Assembly: GCA_963663385.2 (NCBI GenBank)
Contig: CAXXXD010000003.1
Span: 1,504,001-1,568,000 of the forward strand
DNA from: Oceanispirochaeta sp.
Lineage (GTDB): Bacteria; Spirochaetota; Spirochaetia; DSM-2461
DNA length: 64,000 nt
Reading direction: 5' to 3'
In this document: positions 9,870-18,906 of the stretch, one piece after another
Layout of the letters: the number at the start of each line of letters is the position of its first letter
How positions within the stretch are numbered: position 1 is the stretch's first letter
Program-made: the position numbers and the translations under genes
Notes under the pieces: generated by a model
Databases searched by the model: none
Seen by the model: only the letters and a program-made list of their open reading frames with translations
What the model was told of the DNA's origin: nothing

Positions 9870-11026
9870 CCTAAAAGTTTTTTATCAGTCTGGGGAACAG
9901 GAAGCAGAATCGTAAAGGTTGTTCCCAGATTCTCCTTGGAATGGACATGAATCTCTCCCCCATGTTCTTTTATAACCTTATAAACCAGGGTAAGCCCCAG
10001 TCCAGAACCGTTATCCTTTGTGGTAAAATAAGGTTCGAAGATCTTTTGAATCTGCTCTTTGGATATCCCGCTCCCTGTATCGCTGATTTTGAGGATCACA
10101 TGATCCTCCCTATACAGAGTGGAAATACTCAACTGGCCACCCCTGGACATGGCAGCCAGAGCGTTCTTGACAATATTCAGAAGGGCCTGTTTCATCAGTT
10201 TTTCATCAATACGGATATCCGGCAGTTTTTCATCCAGATCCTCATCCAGTTCAACATCCGCTTCCATAAGTTCGTACTGCATAAAAGTTACAAGCTCACG
10301 AATAATGTCATTAAGACTGCCCATGAGAGGATGTGTATCCATCGGCCTGACCGCAAAAAGGTAGTCGACAACAATGGCATTCAACCTCTCCACCTCTTCG
10401 CTGATAATACCGAGATACTCCTCCATCTCTTCCCGGCAGCCTCCCCCTTCGGATTTAAGGATCTTCTGCATCAGCTGAAGATGAATACTCATACTGCCGA
10501 GAGGATTCTTTATTTCGTGGGCCACTCCGGCAGCCATTGTAGTCAGGGAAGCCAGACTCTCGGCCCGGCGTAATCGGGCTTCCTCCGCCCGTTTGCTGGT
10601 GACATCTTCCACATAGACAAAGTCCCCCTGAATCTTCCCCTCTTTCACAACAGGCATAACCCCGATGGACAGGGTCACATCGCGCGAGGGGGTTTCCAGC
10701 GTAAAATCTCTTGGACGAATATTACCAAGGTCGGTAAGGGAGTCTTTTATAAAAGCCCCGATATCCCTGTCCAGAATGATATCCCAGGGCAGGCGGTTAA
10801 AATAGTCCACCTGCCTCATGGGGAGCATCCGTCTTACTGGAATATTCATGAACTGGATATTGTGATCCGGTTTAGCCACTATCACCCCGTAGGGAAGCGA
10901 TGAGAGGACCGTTTCAAGCAGTTCAATATCTTCTACCTCTTCGACAAGAACATCTATCAAATTTTTAATCTGATGCTCATCCATATTAGGCAGGGATTCT
11001 ATAGCTTTTTTAACAAAGTGCCTCAT
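9848..11026 (-). CDS. Cytoplasmic PAS sensor histidine kinase (Hk2-like)
   Basis: PAS-like region, H-box AHEIKNPL, N-box, DTGSGI, GSGLGL; overlaps cognate regulator. Confidence 0.95.
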   Translation of the reverse strand: MRHFVKKAIESLPNMDEHQIKNLIDVLVEEVEDIELLETVLSSLPYGVIVAKPDHNIQFMNIPVRRMLPMRQVDYFNRLPWDIILDRDIGAFIKDSLTDLGNIRPRDFTLETPSRDVTLSIGVMPVVKEGKIQGDFVYVEDVTSKRAEEARLRRAESLASLTTMAAGVAHEIKNPLGSMSIHLQLMQKILKSEGGGCREEMEEYLGIISEEVERLNAIVVDYLFAVRPMDTHPLMGSLNDIIRELVTFMQYELMEADVELDEDLDEKLPDIRIDEKLMKQALLNIVKNALAAMSRGGQLSISTLYREDHVILKISDTGSGISKEQIQKIFEPYFTTKDNGSGLGLTLVYKVIKEHGGEIHVHSKENLGTTFTILLPVPQTDKKLLGWEGAES

Positions 11027-12218
11027 ATATATCTCTTGCTTTATAAAATAAGCATTCCAGAAGAAAAAGTGAATTCTGATTATAAACTTCCGAATTTATG
11101 GAACACTTATTGATTTCGTTCATTATTTTCTTAACGACTGACTGTCCTGCCACACTTCCAAGCAGCTCCGGATCCTCCCGGAATCGCATATGGACCTCTT
11201 CCGAAAGGAGCCTGAGAAAACTGTTCAGAACAACCTTGCCTTTATTATTATCAATAAACTGGAAAAGGTCGTCCAGATCTGTAATGGATCCTCTGGTGGA
11301 AACCGCATCGGCAAAAGTCCTGACGTGTTCCCTCATAAATCCATAATCGATATCACTCCATCTTTGAAAGAAAGCAGTCAGCCCCAGGTTTTCCTCTTCT
11401 GTTCTGAAGAGCTTCTGGAGGATTTCCGCTGAAACCGATGGGTTTCTGGGTATAAAATCGAATGTCCTGACCCGGGAAAGGATGGTTGGAATAATTGCTC
11501 CCCTCCGTTCCGTAAGAAGGATGAAAGTAACATGGGGAGGCGGTTCTTCCAGTATCTTCAATAGAGAGTTGCTGGCACTTTCCAATAGAGTTTCAACCTG
11601 TTCCAGGATTACAATCTTGGCAGAACCGGTACTGGTCAGATGCGCCCACTTGCTGATATTCCGCACCTGGTCCACAGGAACGGTTGCCGGTACTGCGGGA
11701 ACAAGGTTACGGGCCAGGGATATGGTTTCATCCAGAAATTTCTGTAATTCCTTGTCCTCCGGCAGCTCCTTTCCAGGATCAAGAAGCTCTATATTTTCTG
11801 TGATCTGGGCAAGGGTATTACTGTATTTTGAAAGCTTTTTCTCCATTCCCTCCCAGATAATAGGTTCAAACCGTTTAAGAAGTTTCCTGATATTCCTAAT
11901 AAACATATACTGGGCAAAAACAGCCCGGGATCTGACCAGAAGATCAGCGGAAGCCTTTATTTCAGAAATAAAATAACGGTTTCCAAGCATAAGAATATCG
12001 GGATTGACAATAAGACGATGATCCCGACAGGCTCTGCAATCGCAATCCCAGCCTCCGTTTTTTTCGCAGGTAATATTCCTGGCCAGTTCAAGAGCTGTTG
12101 TCAGTTTTCCGGAATGAGCCTCTCCCGAGAATAAAAGAGCTTTAGGAAGAGCTTTCTTCTGCAGTTCTGAGCTTAACTGGTCTCTGATTCCATCCTGGCC
12201 TATTAGATTTTCAAACAA
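11010..12218 (-). CDS. DNA polymerase III delta-prime-like AAA+ protein
   Basis: LLFSGEAHSGKLTTA, CxC..C zinc motif, SNSLLKILEEPP, TILSRV. Confidence 0.8.
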   Translation of the reverse strand: MFENLIGQDGIRDQLSSELQKKALPKALLFSGEAHSGKLTTALELARNITCEKNGGWDCDCRACRDHRLIVNPDILMLGNRYFISEIKASADLLVRSRAVFAQYMFIRNIRKLLKRFEPIIWEGMEKKLSKYSNTLAQITENIELLDPGKELPEDKELQKFLDETISLARNLVPAVPATVPVDQVRNISKWAHLTSTGSAKIVILEQVETLLESASNSLLKILEEPPPHVTFILLTERRGAIIPTILSRVRTFDFIPRNPSVSAEILQKLFRTEEENLGLTAFFQRWSDIDYGFMREHVRTFADAVSTRGSITDLDDLFQFIDNNKGKVVLNSFLRLLSEEVHMRFREDPELLGSVAGQSVVKKIMNEINKCSINSEVYNQNSLFLLECLFYKARDIYEALC

Positions 12219-12227
12219 AGGGCAACC

Positions 12228-12722
12228 TCAAATATTTAACTGTTCCATAACATTGCAGCTTGTGGCATCCAGCGCCGGAAGAAAACGCTCCATATAGGGT
12301 GCTATTTCGGATCCTCTCATTATTTTGCCGGTATCGAAAAAAGTCTGGAAATTCAAAAGATACACTATCAGAAAACAGAGGAGGATCCCTTCCAGGATAC
12401 CAAAGAAAAAACCAAGCAGTTTATCCACACTCTCAAAGGGTGTTTCATTTATTAAATAGACAATTCCTTTCTGCAGAAGCTTGAAAGCTATAAAGGCAGC
12501 GAGAAAGAGAACCGAAAAAGCAATTATAAACGCAGCATCCTCGAGGGATGAACGGGATTGAATCCATTCTGCACCGTCCTGATAAAATACAGCAGCCAGC
12601 AGGAGACTGATAAACAGTGCGGCAATAGAGATCAGTTCACCGATCATCCCGATGAAAGCCCCCCTGATCGATGCTATAAGTATTAGCGCAATAAAGATTA
12701 TATCAATAACAGCCCAACTCAT
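12228..12722 (-). CDS. cvpA: CvpA (colicin V production) family membrane protein
   Basis: IDIIF...RGAFIG..GEL; DKLLGFFFG..EG; four TM segments. Confidence 0.85.
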   Translation of the reverse strand: MSWAVIDIIFIALILIASIRGAFIGMIGELISIAALFISLLLAAVFYQDGAEWIQSRSSLEDAAFIIAFSVLFLAAFIAFKLLQKGIVYLINETPFESVDKLLGFFFGILEGILLCFLIVYLLNFQTFFDTGKIMRGSEIAPYMERFLPALDATSCNVMEQLNI

Positions 12723-13807
12723 TTTGTCTCCTCATCCATAATGCTGGAAAGAATAATGTCCTCAGCCGGTTTCTTGACAAAACCGGCGGCAGCCTGCTTC
12801 ATTTTGCTCAATATATCCTGATTATCCAGGATTTTCCGGACGGATTGTACAAAGAGATCCTTGTCTACAGATTCCGGAAGAACCTCAGCCGCACCCTGCT
12901 CCCCGAATATGGCGGCATTTCGAATCTGATCCCCCCTTGATCCGGCGGCCAATGGAAGAAGCAGAGCCGGCGTACCCGCTGCTGCAAGCTCCCAGAGCGT
13001 TCCTGCACCGGATCTGGAAAAAGCAAGATCCGCCTTCCGGAAAAGGGCCGGCAATTCCTCGTTTATATAAGGCAGGGGCATATAGTTTTCAGAATCGGAG
13101 GGTGTGTAATTCTTTTCCCCCATCTGATGGATAACAAAAATATCCTCTCCCAGTTCGGCAAGGGATTCCCTCACCAGGCTGTTAAGCTGAACTGCCCCCA
13201 GACTGCCACCGATAACAGCAAGGACCTTTCTGCTTCCGATACGCTCCAGCCAGGAAGCAGGAAGCTTCAGGGATTCATCAGAAAATTCAGATCTGACAGG
13301 ATTTCCGGAAACAACAATCTTATGCTGAAGTTTAGCCGGATAGAACTTGAGACTCTTATGGTATGCTACAAAAATCTTGCGGGCAAAACGACTGTTTATT
13401 CTGGTGGCCAGCCCCGGATCGACATCTGAGTCATGCGTATATACGGGTATTCCCAGACACCAGGCCGCCAGAACAGGCGGGACGCTGACAAAGCCTCCCT
13501 TGGAAAATAAGAAAACCGGTTTCAGCCTTCCCAGTATAATCAGAGACTGGAAAAACCCTAATAAGATTCTGAAAATATCCGTAAAATTCCTGAATGAAAA
13601 ATAACGCCTCAGCTTTCCCGTACTGATACCTTTGTAGGAGAGATCCCACCGGTCCGCCAGATCCTTTTCTATACCCGCAGCAGAACCTATCCAGTAAATA
13701 GTACAAGCCTCAGCCTTGAGTTTCCGTATGAGAGGTAAAGCGGGATAGACATGACCGCCCGTGCCTCCTCCGGTCATGACGACTATTTTTCCGTGTATAT
13801 GATTCAA
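12719..13807 (-). CDS. murG: Undecaprenyl-PP-MurNAc-pentapeptide GlcNAc transferase
   Basis: TGGGTGGHVYP, SKGGFVS, GNPVR, GGSLGA, SRSGAGT, DQ..NA motifs. Confidence 0.97.
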   Translation of the reverse strand: MNHIHGKIVVMTGGGTGGHVYPALPLIRKLKAEACTIYWIGSAAGIEKDLADRWDLSYKGISTGKLRRYFSFRNFTDIFRILLGFFQSLIILGRLKPVFLFSKGGFVSVPPVLAAWCLGIPVYTHDSDVDPGLATRINSRFARKIFVAYHKSLKFYPAKLQHKIVVSGNPVRSEFSDESLKLPASWLERIGSRKVLAVIGGSLGAVQLNSLVRESLAELGEDIFVIHQMGEKNYTPSDSENYMPLPYINEELPALFRKADLAFSRSGAGTLWELAAAGTPALLLPLAAGSRGDQIRNAAIFGEQGAAEVLPESVDKDLFVQSVRKILDNQDILSKMKQAAAGFVKKPAEDIILSSIMDEETK

Positions 13808-13901
13808 GACAGGTAATCCCCCTGATGATAAGCCTTGGTTGAATGCCTAAACTCTACACCAGAATTCCAAAATAATCTATAAACTATTAAAAGCAATTTT
13901 C

Positions 13902-13929
13902 TTGCTTTTCTTCATGACTATGTTACAAT
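13902..13929 (+). promoter_or_regulatory. Sigma-70-like promoter driving an orphan small transcript
   Basis: TTGCTT-16 nt-TACAAT with extended -10 TG (TGtTACAAT). Confidence 0.6.
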
Positions 13930-13934
13930 TAATA

Positions 13935-14121
13935 GTGTAAGGAATTTCTATAGGAGGTTGATATGAAAGATACTCCACCTAGAAGAGGAAGCCGGTGAAC
14001 GCCGGCCCTGTGAATCTGAATAAACCTACGGTTCTCCCTTAAGAGAACTAAAATATAAAGTGAGATTGCATGCCCTAAGAAAGCATGAATCCGTAGTGCC
14101 GGCGACTGCCGGCTTTTTTTT
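13935..14121 (+). ncRNA. Candidate structured small RNA (about 185 nt) containing an 11-codon mini-ORF
   Basis: Bounded by promoter and intrinsic terminator; several nested stems; no downstream same-strand gene. Confidence 0.45.
14098..14121 (+). terminator. Intrinsic terminator
   Basis: GCCGGC-GACT-GCCGGC followed by T8. Confidence 0.85.
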
Positions 14122-14165
14122 AATAACCAATCCTCTCGGCTCCGCTCGAAGATCTGTAAGTATGA

Positions 14166-14397
14166 TAAAAAAAAACAGGATCCTTGCGGATCCTGAATTA
14201 TTATGGGCGATGAGGGACTTCTGTCCGGAGATTATCATCCTGATAATCTCCAACCAGCCGGCTCCATCGTTAAAACAGCATCCATGCTGTTTTACGCTCC
14301 AGGCATTCGCGCCACTCTTCCGCTTCAAGTCCCTCATGAAGGTAAAAAAAAACAGGATCCTTGCGGATCCTGAATTATTATGGGCGATGAGGGACTT
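14166..14397. repeat. 55-bp exact direct repeat (tRNA-Val 3' 17 nt + terminator) flanking a palindrome-rich insert
   Basis: 14166-14220 identical to 14343-14397. Confidence 0.9.
14344..14372 (-). terminator. Intrinsic terminator of tRNA-Val cluster
   Basis: Minus strand CAGGATCC-GCAA-GGATCCTG followed by T9; second copy at 14167-14195. Confidence 0.9.
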
Positions 14398-14453
14398 GAA
14401 CCCCCGACATCCTGCTTGTAAGGCAGGCGCTCTCCCAACTGAGCTAATCGCCC
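14381..14453 (-). tRNA. tRNA-Val(TAC)
   Basis: GGGCGATTAGCTCAGTTGGGAGAGCGCCTGCCTTACAAGCAGGATGTCGGGGGTTCAAGTCCCTCATCGCCCA; cloverleaf, anticodon TAC, CCA not encoded. Confidence 0.98.
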
Positions 14454-14530
14454 TTTAAATAGGGTGGATTGTAATAATCCTGTTTTACGAAGCCCCTTTA
14501 CTTTTCTGTGAAAAAAAACAAAGGAACTTA

Positions 14531-14603
14531 TGGGCGATGAGGGACTTGAACCCCCGACATCCTGCTTGTAAGGCAGGCGCTCTCCCAACTGAGCTAATCG
14601 CCC
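14531..14603 (-). tRNA. tRNA-Val(TAC)
   Basis: Identical copy of 14381-14453. Confidence 0.98.
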
Positions 14604-14678
14604 TTTAAATAGGGTGGATTGTAATAATCCTGTTTTGCGAAGCCCCTTTACTTTTTTATGGAAAAACAAAGGAACTTA

Positions 14679-14751
14679 TGGGCGATGAGGGACTTGAACC
14701 CCCGACATCCTGCTTGTAAGGCAGGCGCTCTCCCAACTGAGCTAATCGCCC
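14679..14751 (-). tRNA. tRNA-Val(TAC)
   Basis: Identical copy of 14381-14453. Confidence 0.98.
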
Positions 14752-14772
14752 TTTTGTTTAACAACGATGTGG

Positions 14773-14801
14773 ACTTTATCATATGGTTCTTTACAGGTCA
14801 A
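14773..14801 (-). promoter_or_regulatory. Promoter of tRNA-Val cluster
   Basis: Minus strand TTGACC-17 nt-TAAAGT with extended -10 TG. Confidence 0.65.
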
Positions 14802-14851
14802 TAGCTTTCCGTAAAAAAACTTTATGTCCCCTATTGCCCCGATCGGAAACC

Positions 14852-15895
14852 TTATTTGTCCTTGATCTCAATCATTCTGTTCTCGTCCAGATTCCAGTCA
14901 AAAATATAGTTTTTTCTGTCTGAAGCCGTAATAACAATAATATCACAAAGGTTTATCTGATCAGTCAGAAGAAACTCCAGCTCACTTTTGGGCGAGAGGA
15001 CTTTCCCGTCAAGGACTTTCAGCCTCTTTCCGGTTGCCTGATCAATCAGGAAGATCTCTTTTAATTCCTCCTCTGTTGTATTGATAAAATTCAAAGGAAT
15101 ATTTTCCCAGTCCCGATACATATCCGAATCGTAAAACACAAGAAAATCATTTTCAGAAGACCCGTCCAGTTCTTTTTCGTAAAGCCTGTTTTCAGGCCCC
15201 TTCAGCTGAAGCTTATAACTGATATCGGGTACCAGTACCAGTTCCAGGCTTATACTTTCCTGGGGATTGAGAACCTTGCCGCCCAGAAGATTCTCGGGAG
15301 GGATCACGTCTGTATCCCTGTATCCTGCAACAGCATTATCAATGGGTATGCAATAGACCCTGAAAATAGTGGAATTGGTATAGTTAAAGAGTTCCAGTTC
15401 TGTTTTGTACTGATTCTCCGGAGACTCTTCATCCATCTTTGCGTAATCCGAACGGTCAAAAAAATGGGCTCCGTACACAGCATCGGGATTATCCACATCA
15501 TCGTAAATCCCGGAGGCTTCATGATAGTGCTCCGGCAGAATATACACTATTGAGTTCTGTTCAATGGCAACATCCTCAATGATGTAGTTCTCGTTGGAAA
15601 TACCGAACAGATAGAAACTGCAGAAAATCAGATCCTCTGCTGAACTGATGTGAATGTTATGGCGGGCACCGGGTTCCAGACCTGTTATTCCAAAATTAAA
15701 ATAGTAGTTACTGTCCTCCTGATCCGTTTCAATCAGAATTTCCTGGAAGATGATTTCCCCTCTGTTCAATATTGCAAAGTCCAGAGCAGAAACTCTGATT
15801 CCAATAAGGACCAGGAACAGGAGGATAATTTTTTTTCTGGTTATAACGCGGGATGCCCTGTACATAAAATGTAGTATCCTGTGAATCTGATTCAT
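14852..15895 (-). CDS. Secreted hypothetical protein with repeated small beta domains
   Basis: Signal peptide (KKIILLFLVLIGIRVSA); internal repeat FNYTNSTI...GKVLNPQES / FINTTEEEL...GKVLSPKSE; real start probably downstream of 15895. Confidence 0.65.
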   Translation of the reverse strand: MNQIHRILHFMYRASRVITRKKIILLFLVLIGIRVSALDFAILNRGEIIFQEILIETDQEDSNYYFNFGITGLEPGARHNIHISSAEDLIFCSFYLFGISNENYIIEDVAIEQNSIVYILPEHYHEASGIYDDVDNPDAVYGAHFFDRSDYAKMDEESPENQYKTELELFNYTNSTIFRVYCIPIDNAVAGYRDTDVIPPENLLGGKVLNPQESISLELVLVPDISYKLQLKGPENRLYEKELDGSSENDFLVFYDSDMYRDWENIPLNFINTTEEELKEIFLIDQATGKRLKVLDGKVLSPKSELEFLLTDQINLCDIIVITASDRKNYIFDWNLDENRMIEIKDK

Positions 15896-15933
15896 CCGGA
15901 CTGTTTCCAGCCCGGATTTTCTTTACCTTATGA

Positions 15934-16278
15934 TCAGCCCGGAGGCCAACTCATCTGACGATCTCCCAGGATGTGTGCATGAAGGTAATCTACAGTCTGC
16001 TGACCGTTTTTACCATAATTCAGAACAATCCTGTATCCATCATTATCCAATCCGAGGGAAGAGGCCACCCGGGAAACAGACTGAAAGAATACTCCCGTAT
16101 CGTTCAAATCATGATCCTGAAGCTCTTTGAAGTCCCGGATTTTCTTACGTGGAATAACAATGACATGTACGGGAGCCTGAGGATTGATATCCCTGAAGGC
16201 CATGACATTTTCATCTTCATAAACCACATCAGCCGGAGATTTTCCAGCCAGAATCTTGTCGAAAATAGTATCTTCCAT
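15934..16278 (-). CDS. HIT-family (Hint/PKCI-like) nucleotide-binding protein
   Basis: TIFDKI, AFRDINPQAPVH, GQQTVDYLHAHILG, C-terminal WPPG. Confidence 0.93.
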   Translation of the reverse strand: MEDTIFDKILAGKSPADVVYEDENVMAFRDINPQAPVHVIVIPRKKIRDFKELQDHDLNDTGVFFQSVSRVASSLGLDNDGYRIVLNYGKNGQQTVDYLHAHILGDRQMSWPPG

Positions 16279-16349
16279 ATTATTCTCCCAGATATCGCAT
16301 TTTTATATGATAAAAATAATACAATCAATTTGGCTTGCAGTCCAGCCTA

Positions 16350-18614
16350 TCAGGAACATTTACTCCATCCGCATTCTGGACAGGTAACGCACCCATCCCT
16401 GAATACCAGTTTACCTTCACACTCTTCACATTTGGAGTCTCCTGCAATAACTTCCTCACCGTCAACGATATACTTTTTCAGGACCCTGGAGATCACCCGT
16501 TCAAAATCTTCGAAATTGGTATCTTTTGCCAGCTGTTCGACAACAAACTGGATGGGAGTTCCATGACGCAGGGCCATTGAGATAAAACGGGCCAGGGAAC
16601 TGTTGGGAGAATCAAATGTACGGGTAAAATCCTTGAGTTTTGCTTCTACGGGACCGGATTCGATCAAAAGATCATAACGCCCCTTACCGACTTTTCGAAC
16701 GACTCCGGAAGAGTATTTCTTCAGATCAATATGGTTTTCCGGATCATCAATGACAAAAATTTCGTATAGTCCGCCGTTCATGATTCCCACAATAACAATA
16801 TGCTTTTTACCCTTTACTTTAATCTGGTGGATTTCACAGGAGAGATCCACAGGGCGCTGGGGAGCCAGTACTCTTTTTATTGTCTGGTTGTCCTTCTTGT
16901 CTGAATACTCAAGAATCCCCTTGAGGCTCCCGTCGGGGTTGAAAGTAGTAAAACCTTTCAAACCTTTTTTATAGGCATACATGTACAGGTCTTTATACTC
17001 TTCAAAACTTGTTCCCGGAGGAAGGTTCAGTGTCTTTGAAATACTGTGATCAACATATTTCTGAATAACCGCCTGCATATCGATGGCCTGCCTGGGATCT
17101 ATATCCACAGTCGTAACAAAATAGGGAGGAATGGTAACGTCTCCTTCCCTCTCTTCATCTGTAAGAGTCTCCAGATAGGCCATCCAGGAGTAATCATAAA
17201 CCGTTTCCGTTCTGGTTTCATCTTCGATTCCCGTTCTGATATTTCTATCATACTGAAGAGCGAACATGGGCTCGATACCGGAAGAACAGTTCTGTCCCAC
17301 CGACAGGGAGGTTGTACCGGTAGGAGCTACCGTATTAAGCTGAATATTTCTCAGTCCGTTTTTCCGGATTTTATTACGGATCTCTTCGGGCAGGGTTTTA
17401 ATGAAGTTGGCTTCCAGCAGCTTTTCAGTATCACAGGCCGGGAAAGCGCCCTTCTCTGCGGCCAGATCAGCGGAACTGTCATAGGATGTATCTCTGAGTG
17501 ATCTTCCAATATCTTCTGCCAGTTTAAGGGATTCCTTACCGCCATAGGGGATTTTCATCATAGCGAAAACATTACCAAGGGCTGTAAACCCCAGCCCGAC
17601 CCGACGCCACTGTCTGGAGAAGGTTTCTATCTTTTCAAGGGGATATTCGGTTCGATCCAGTACATTATCCAGAAAACGGATAGCAAGACGAACAGTTTTA
17701 CTCATCTCATTAAAATCGAATTCCGCTTCATCCGTAAAAGGATTCTTTACAAATTTGGAAAGGTTGACAGCAGAGAGACAGCAGAGTGAGTAGGGAGGCA
17801 TAACAAGCTCACCGCAGGGATTGACTCGGTCCATTTTAAAAGCCCAGTAACCGTTGTTGAATTTCTCTACATGATCTTTATTGAAAATTCCCGGTTCATT
17901 ATGAAAATAGGAGTTTTTTGCCAGAAGATCATACAGATACCGGGCCTGTACAGTTTTGTAGACCTTCCCATCAAAAACAAGATCCCAGGAGGCATCTTTT
18001 TCAACAGCTTCGATAAATTCATCAGAGATCTTTACAGAGATATTAAACTGGGTCAGCTCTTTATTCCGATCCCCCTGTTTGATAGTGATAAACTCCTCAA
18101 TATCAGGATGGGAAATATCCAGAAGAGCAATATGGGCGGAACGCCTCTGCCCGCCTGTCATAATTGTCTTGGCAGACTGATCAAAAATCCTGAGAAAAGA
18201 GATAACTCCGGAAGAATTCCCGCCTCGTGACAGAACTTCCCCCTTGGGCCGGAGTTTGGAAATATCAAAACCGACGCCCCCTCCCATCTTGCTGATCATG
18301 GCATCCTCTTTCAGCGAGTCATATATGCCTGTCATGGAATCTTCCACATCAATGGTAAAACAGTTGTTATAGTTTTTCATGGGACTGTCCGGTCTGGCAT
18401 TGGCCAGGATTCGTCCGGCGGGAATAAGTTTTCCCGACAGAAGCTGTTCATTGAACTGAGCTTCTATACTCTCTCTGATTTCTGCTCTTTCGGGACCTGA
18501 AACTTCTGCAGCGATACCGCTGAAAACTTCCTCGGGAGTGTTCTCTCCGTGGAGCATATATTTTGCCTTGAAAATCTCTTCGCTCAGCTTCTGGTTCCAT
18601 TTAAAATTACTCAC
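16350..18614 (-). CDS. nrdJ: Adenosylcobalamin-dependent (class II) ribonucleotide reductase
   Basis: PAGRIL, NNCF, GGGVG, NPCGE, APTGT, SISKT motifs; C-terminal CxxC...CxxC..SKC; GTG start at 18614 after GGAGG. Confidence 0.92.
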   Translation of the reverse strand: MSNFKWNQKLSEEIFKAKYMLHGENTPEEVFSGIAAEVSGPERAEIRESIEAQFNEQLLSGKLIPAGRILANARPDSPMKNYNNCFTIDVEDSMTGIYDSLKEDAMISKMGGGVGFDISKLRPKGEVLSRGGNSSGVISFLRIFDQSAKTIMTGGQRRSAHIALLDISHPDIEEFITIKQGDRNKELTQFNISVKISDEFIEAVEKDASWDLVFDGKVYKTVQARYLYDLLAKNSYFHNEPGIFNKDHVEKFNNGYWAFKMDRVNPCGELVMPPYSLCCLSAVNLSKFVKNPFTDEAEFDFNEMSKTVRLAIRFLDNVLDRTEYPLEKIETFSRQWRRVGLGFTALGNVFAMMKIPYGGKESLKLAEDIGRSLRDTSYDSSADLAAEKGAFPACDTEKLLEANFIKTLPEEIRNKIRKNGLRNIQLNTVAPTGTTSLSVGQNCSSGIEPMFALQYDRNIRTGIEDETRTETVYDYSWMAYLETLTDEEREGDVTIPPYFVTTVDIDPRQAIDMQAVIQKYVDHSISKTLNLPPGTSFEEYKDLYMYAYKKGLKGFTTFNPDGSLKGILEYSDKKDNQTIKRVLAPQRPVDLSCEIHQIKVKGKKHIVIVGIMNGGLYEIFVIDDPENHIDLKKYSSGVVRKVGKGRYDLLIESGPVEAKLKDFTRTFDSPNSSLARFISMALRHGTPIQFVVEQLAKDTNFEDFERVISRVLKKYIVDGEEVIAGDSKCEECEGKLVFRDGCVTCPECGWSKCS

Positions 18615-18714
18615 CTGATTCCTCCAGTAATTCAATCATCTTATGTGAAAATAGAGTTCCGGATCCGGAACTTATTGGAATGATTATCAATTCAATTCAT
18701 AACAAACACACATC

Positions 18715-18761
18715 ACACCATATATTGTGTATATTCAAACTAACAACACCACAATTCCACT
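18715..18761. promoter_or_regulatory. Tandem NrdR boxes upstream of nrdJ
   Basis: ACACCATATATTGTGT (18715-18730) matches acaCwAtATaTwGtgt; half-matching ACACCACAATTCCACT starts 31 bp later; minus-strand TTGACA at 18767-18772. Confidence 0.75.
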
Positions 18762-18906
18762 ACTACTGTCAAGACAGGGAGAATACTTTTTTCTTAAGAA
18801 TCCCTTCTGATTCCCGATTCTTCTCCTGCGGCGGCGGCCTCTCCTGCAGATTGATCTTTCAAAGTTTTTTTGTTACTATCCAAATCGAATTCAACAGGAG
18901 AAATTT

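Noticed and set aside
13935..14121. 6S RNA assignment for the orphan transcript
   Set aside because: Size fits, but I could not see the long 5'/3' closing stem with central bubble; left as unknown sRNA pending cmscan.
14026..14669. ORFs 14026-14337, 14060-14458 and 14334-14669 with internal peptide repeats
   Set aside because: They are translations of the tRNA-Val copies, spacers and duplicated terminator, not proteins.
14381..14751. Regularly spaced repeats resembling a CRISPR array
   Set aside because: Repeats are full tRNAs, spacers are near-identical rather than unique, and no cas genes are present.
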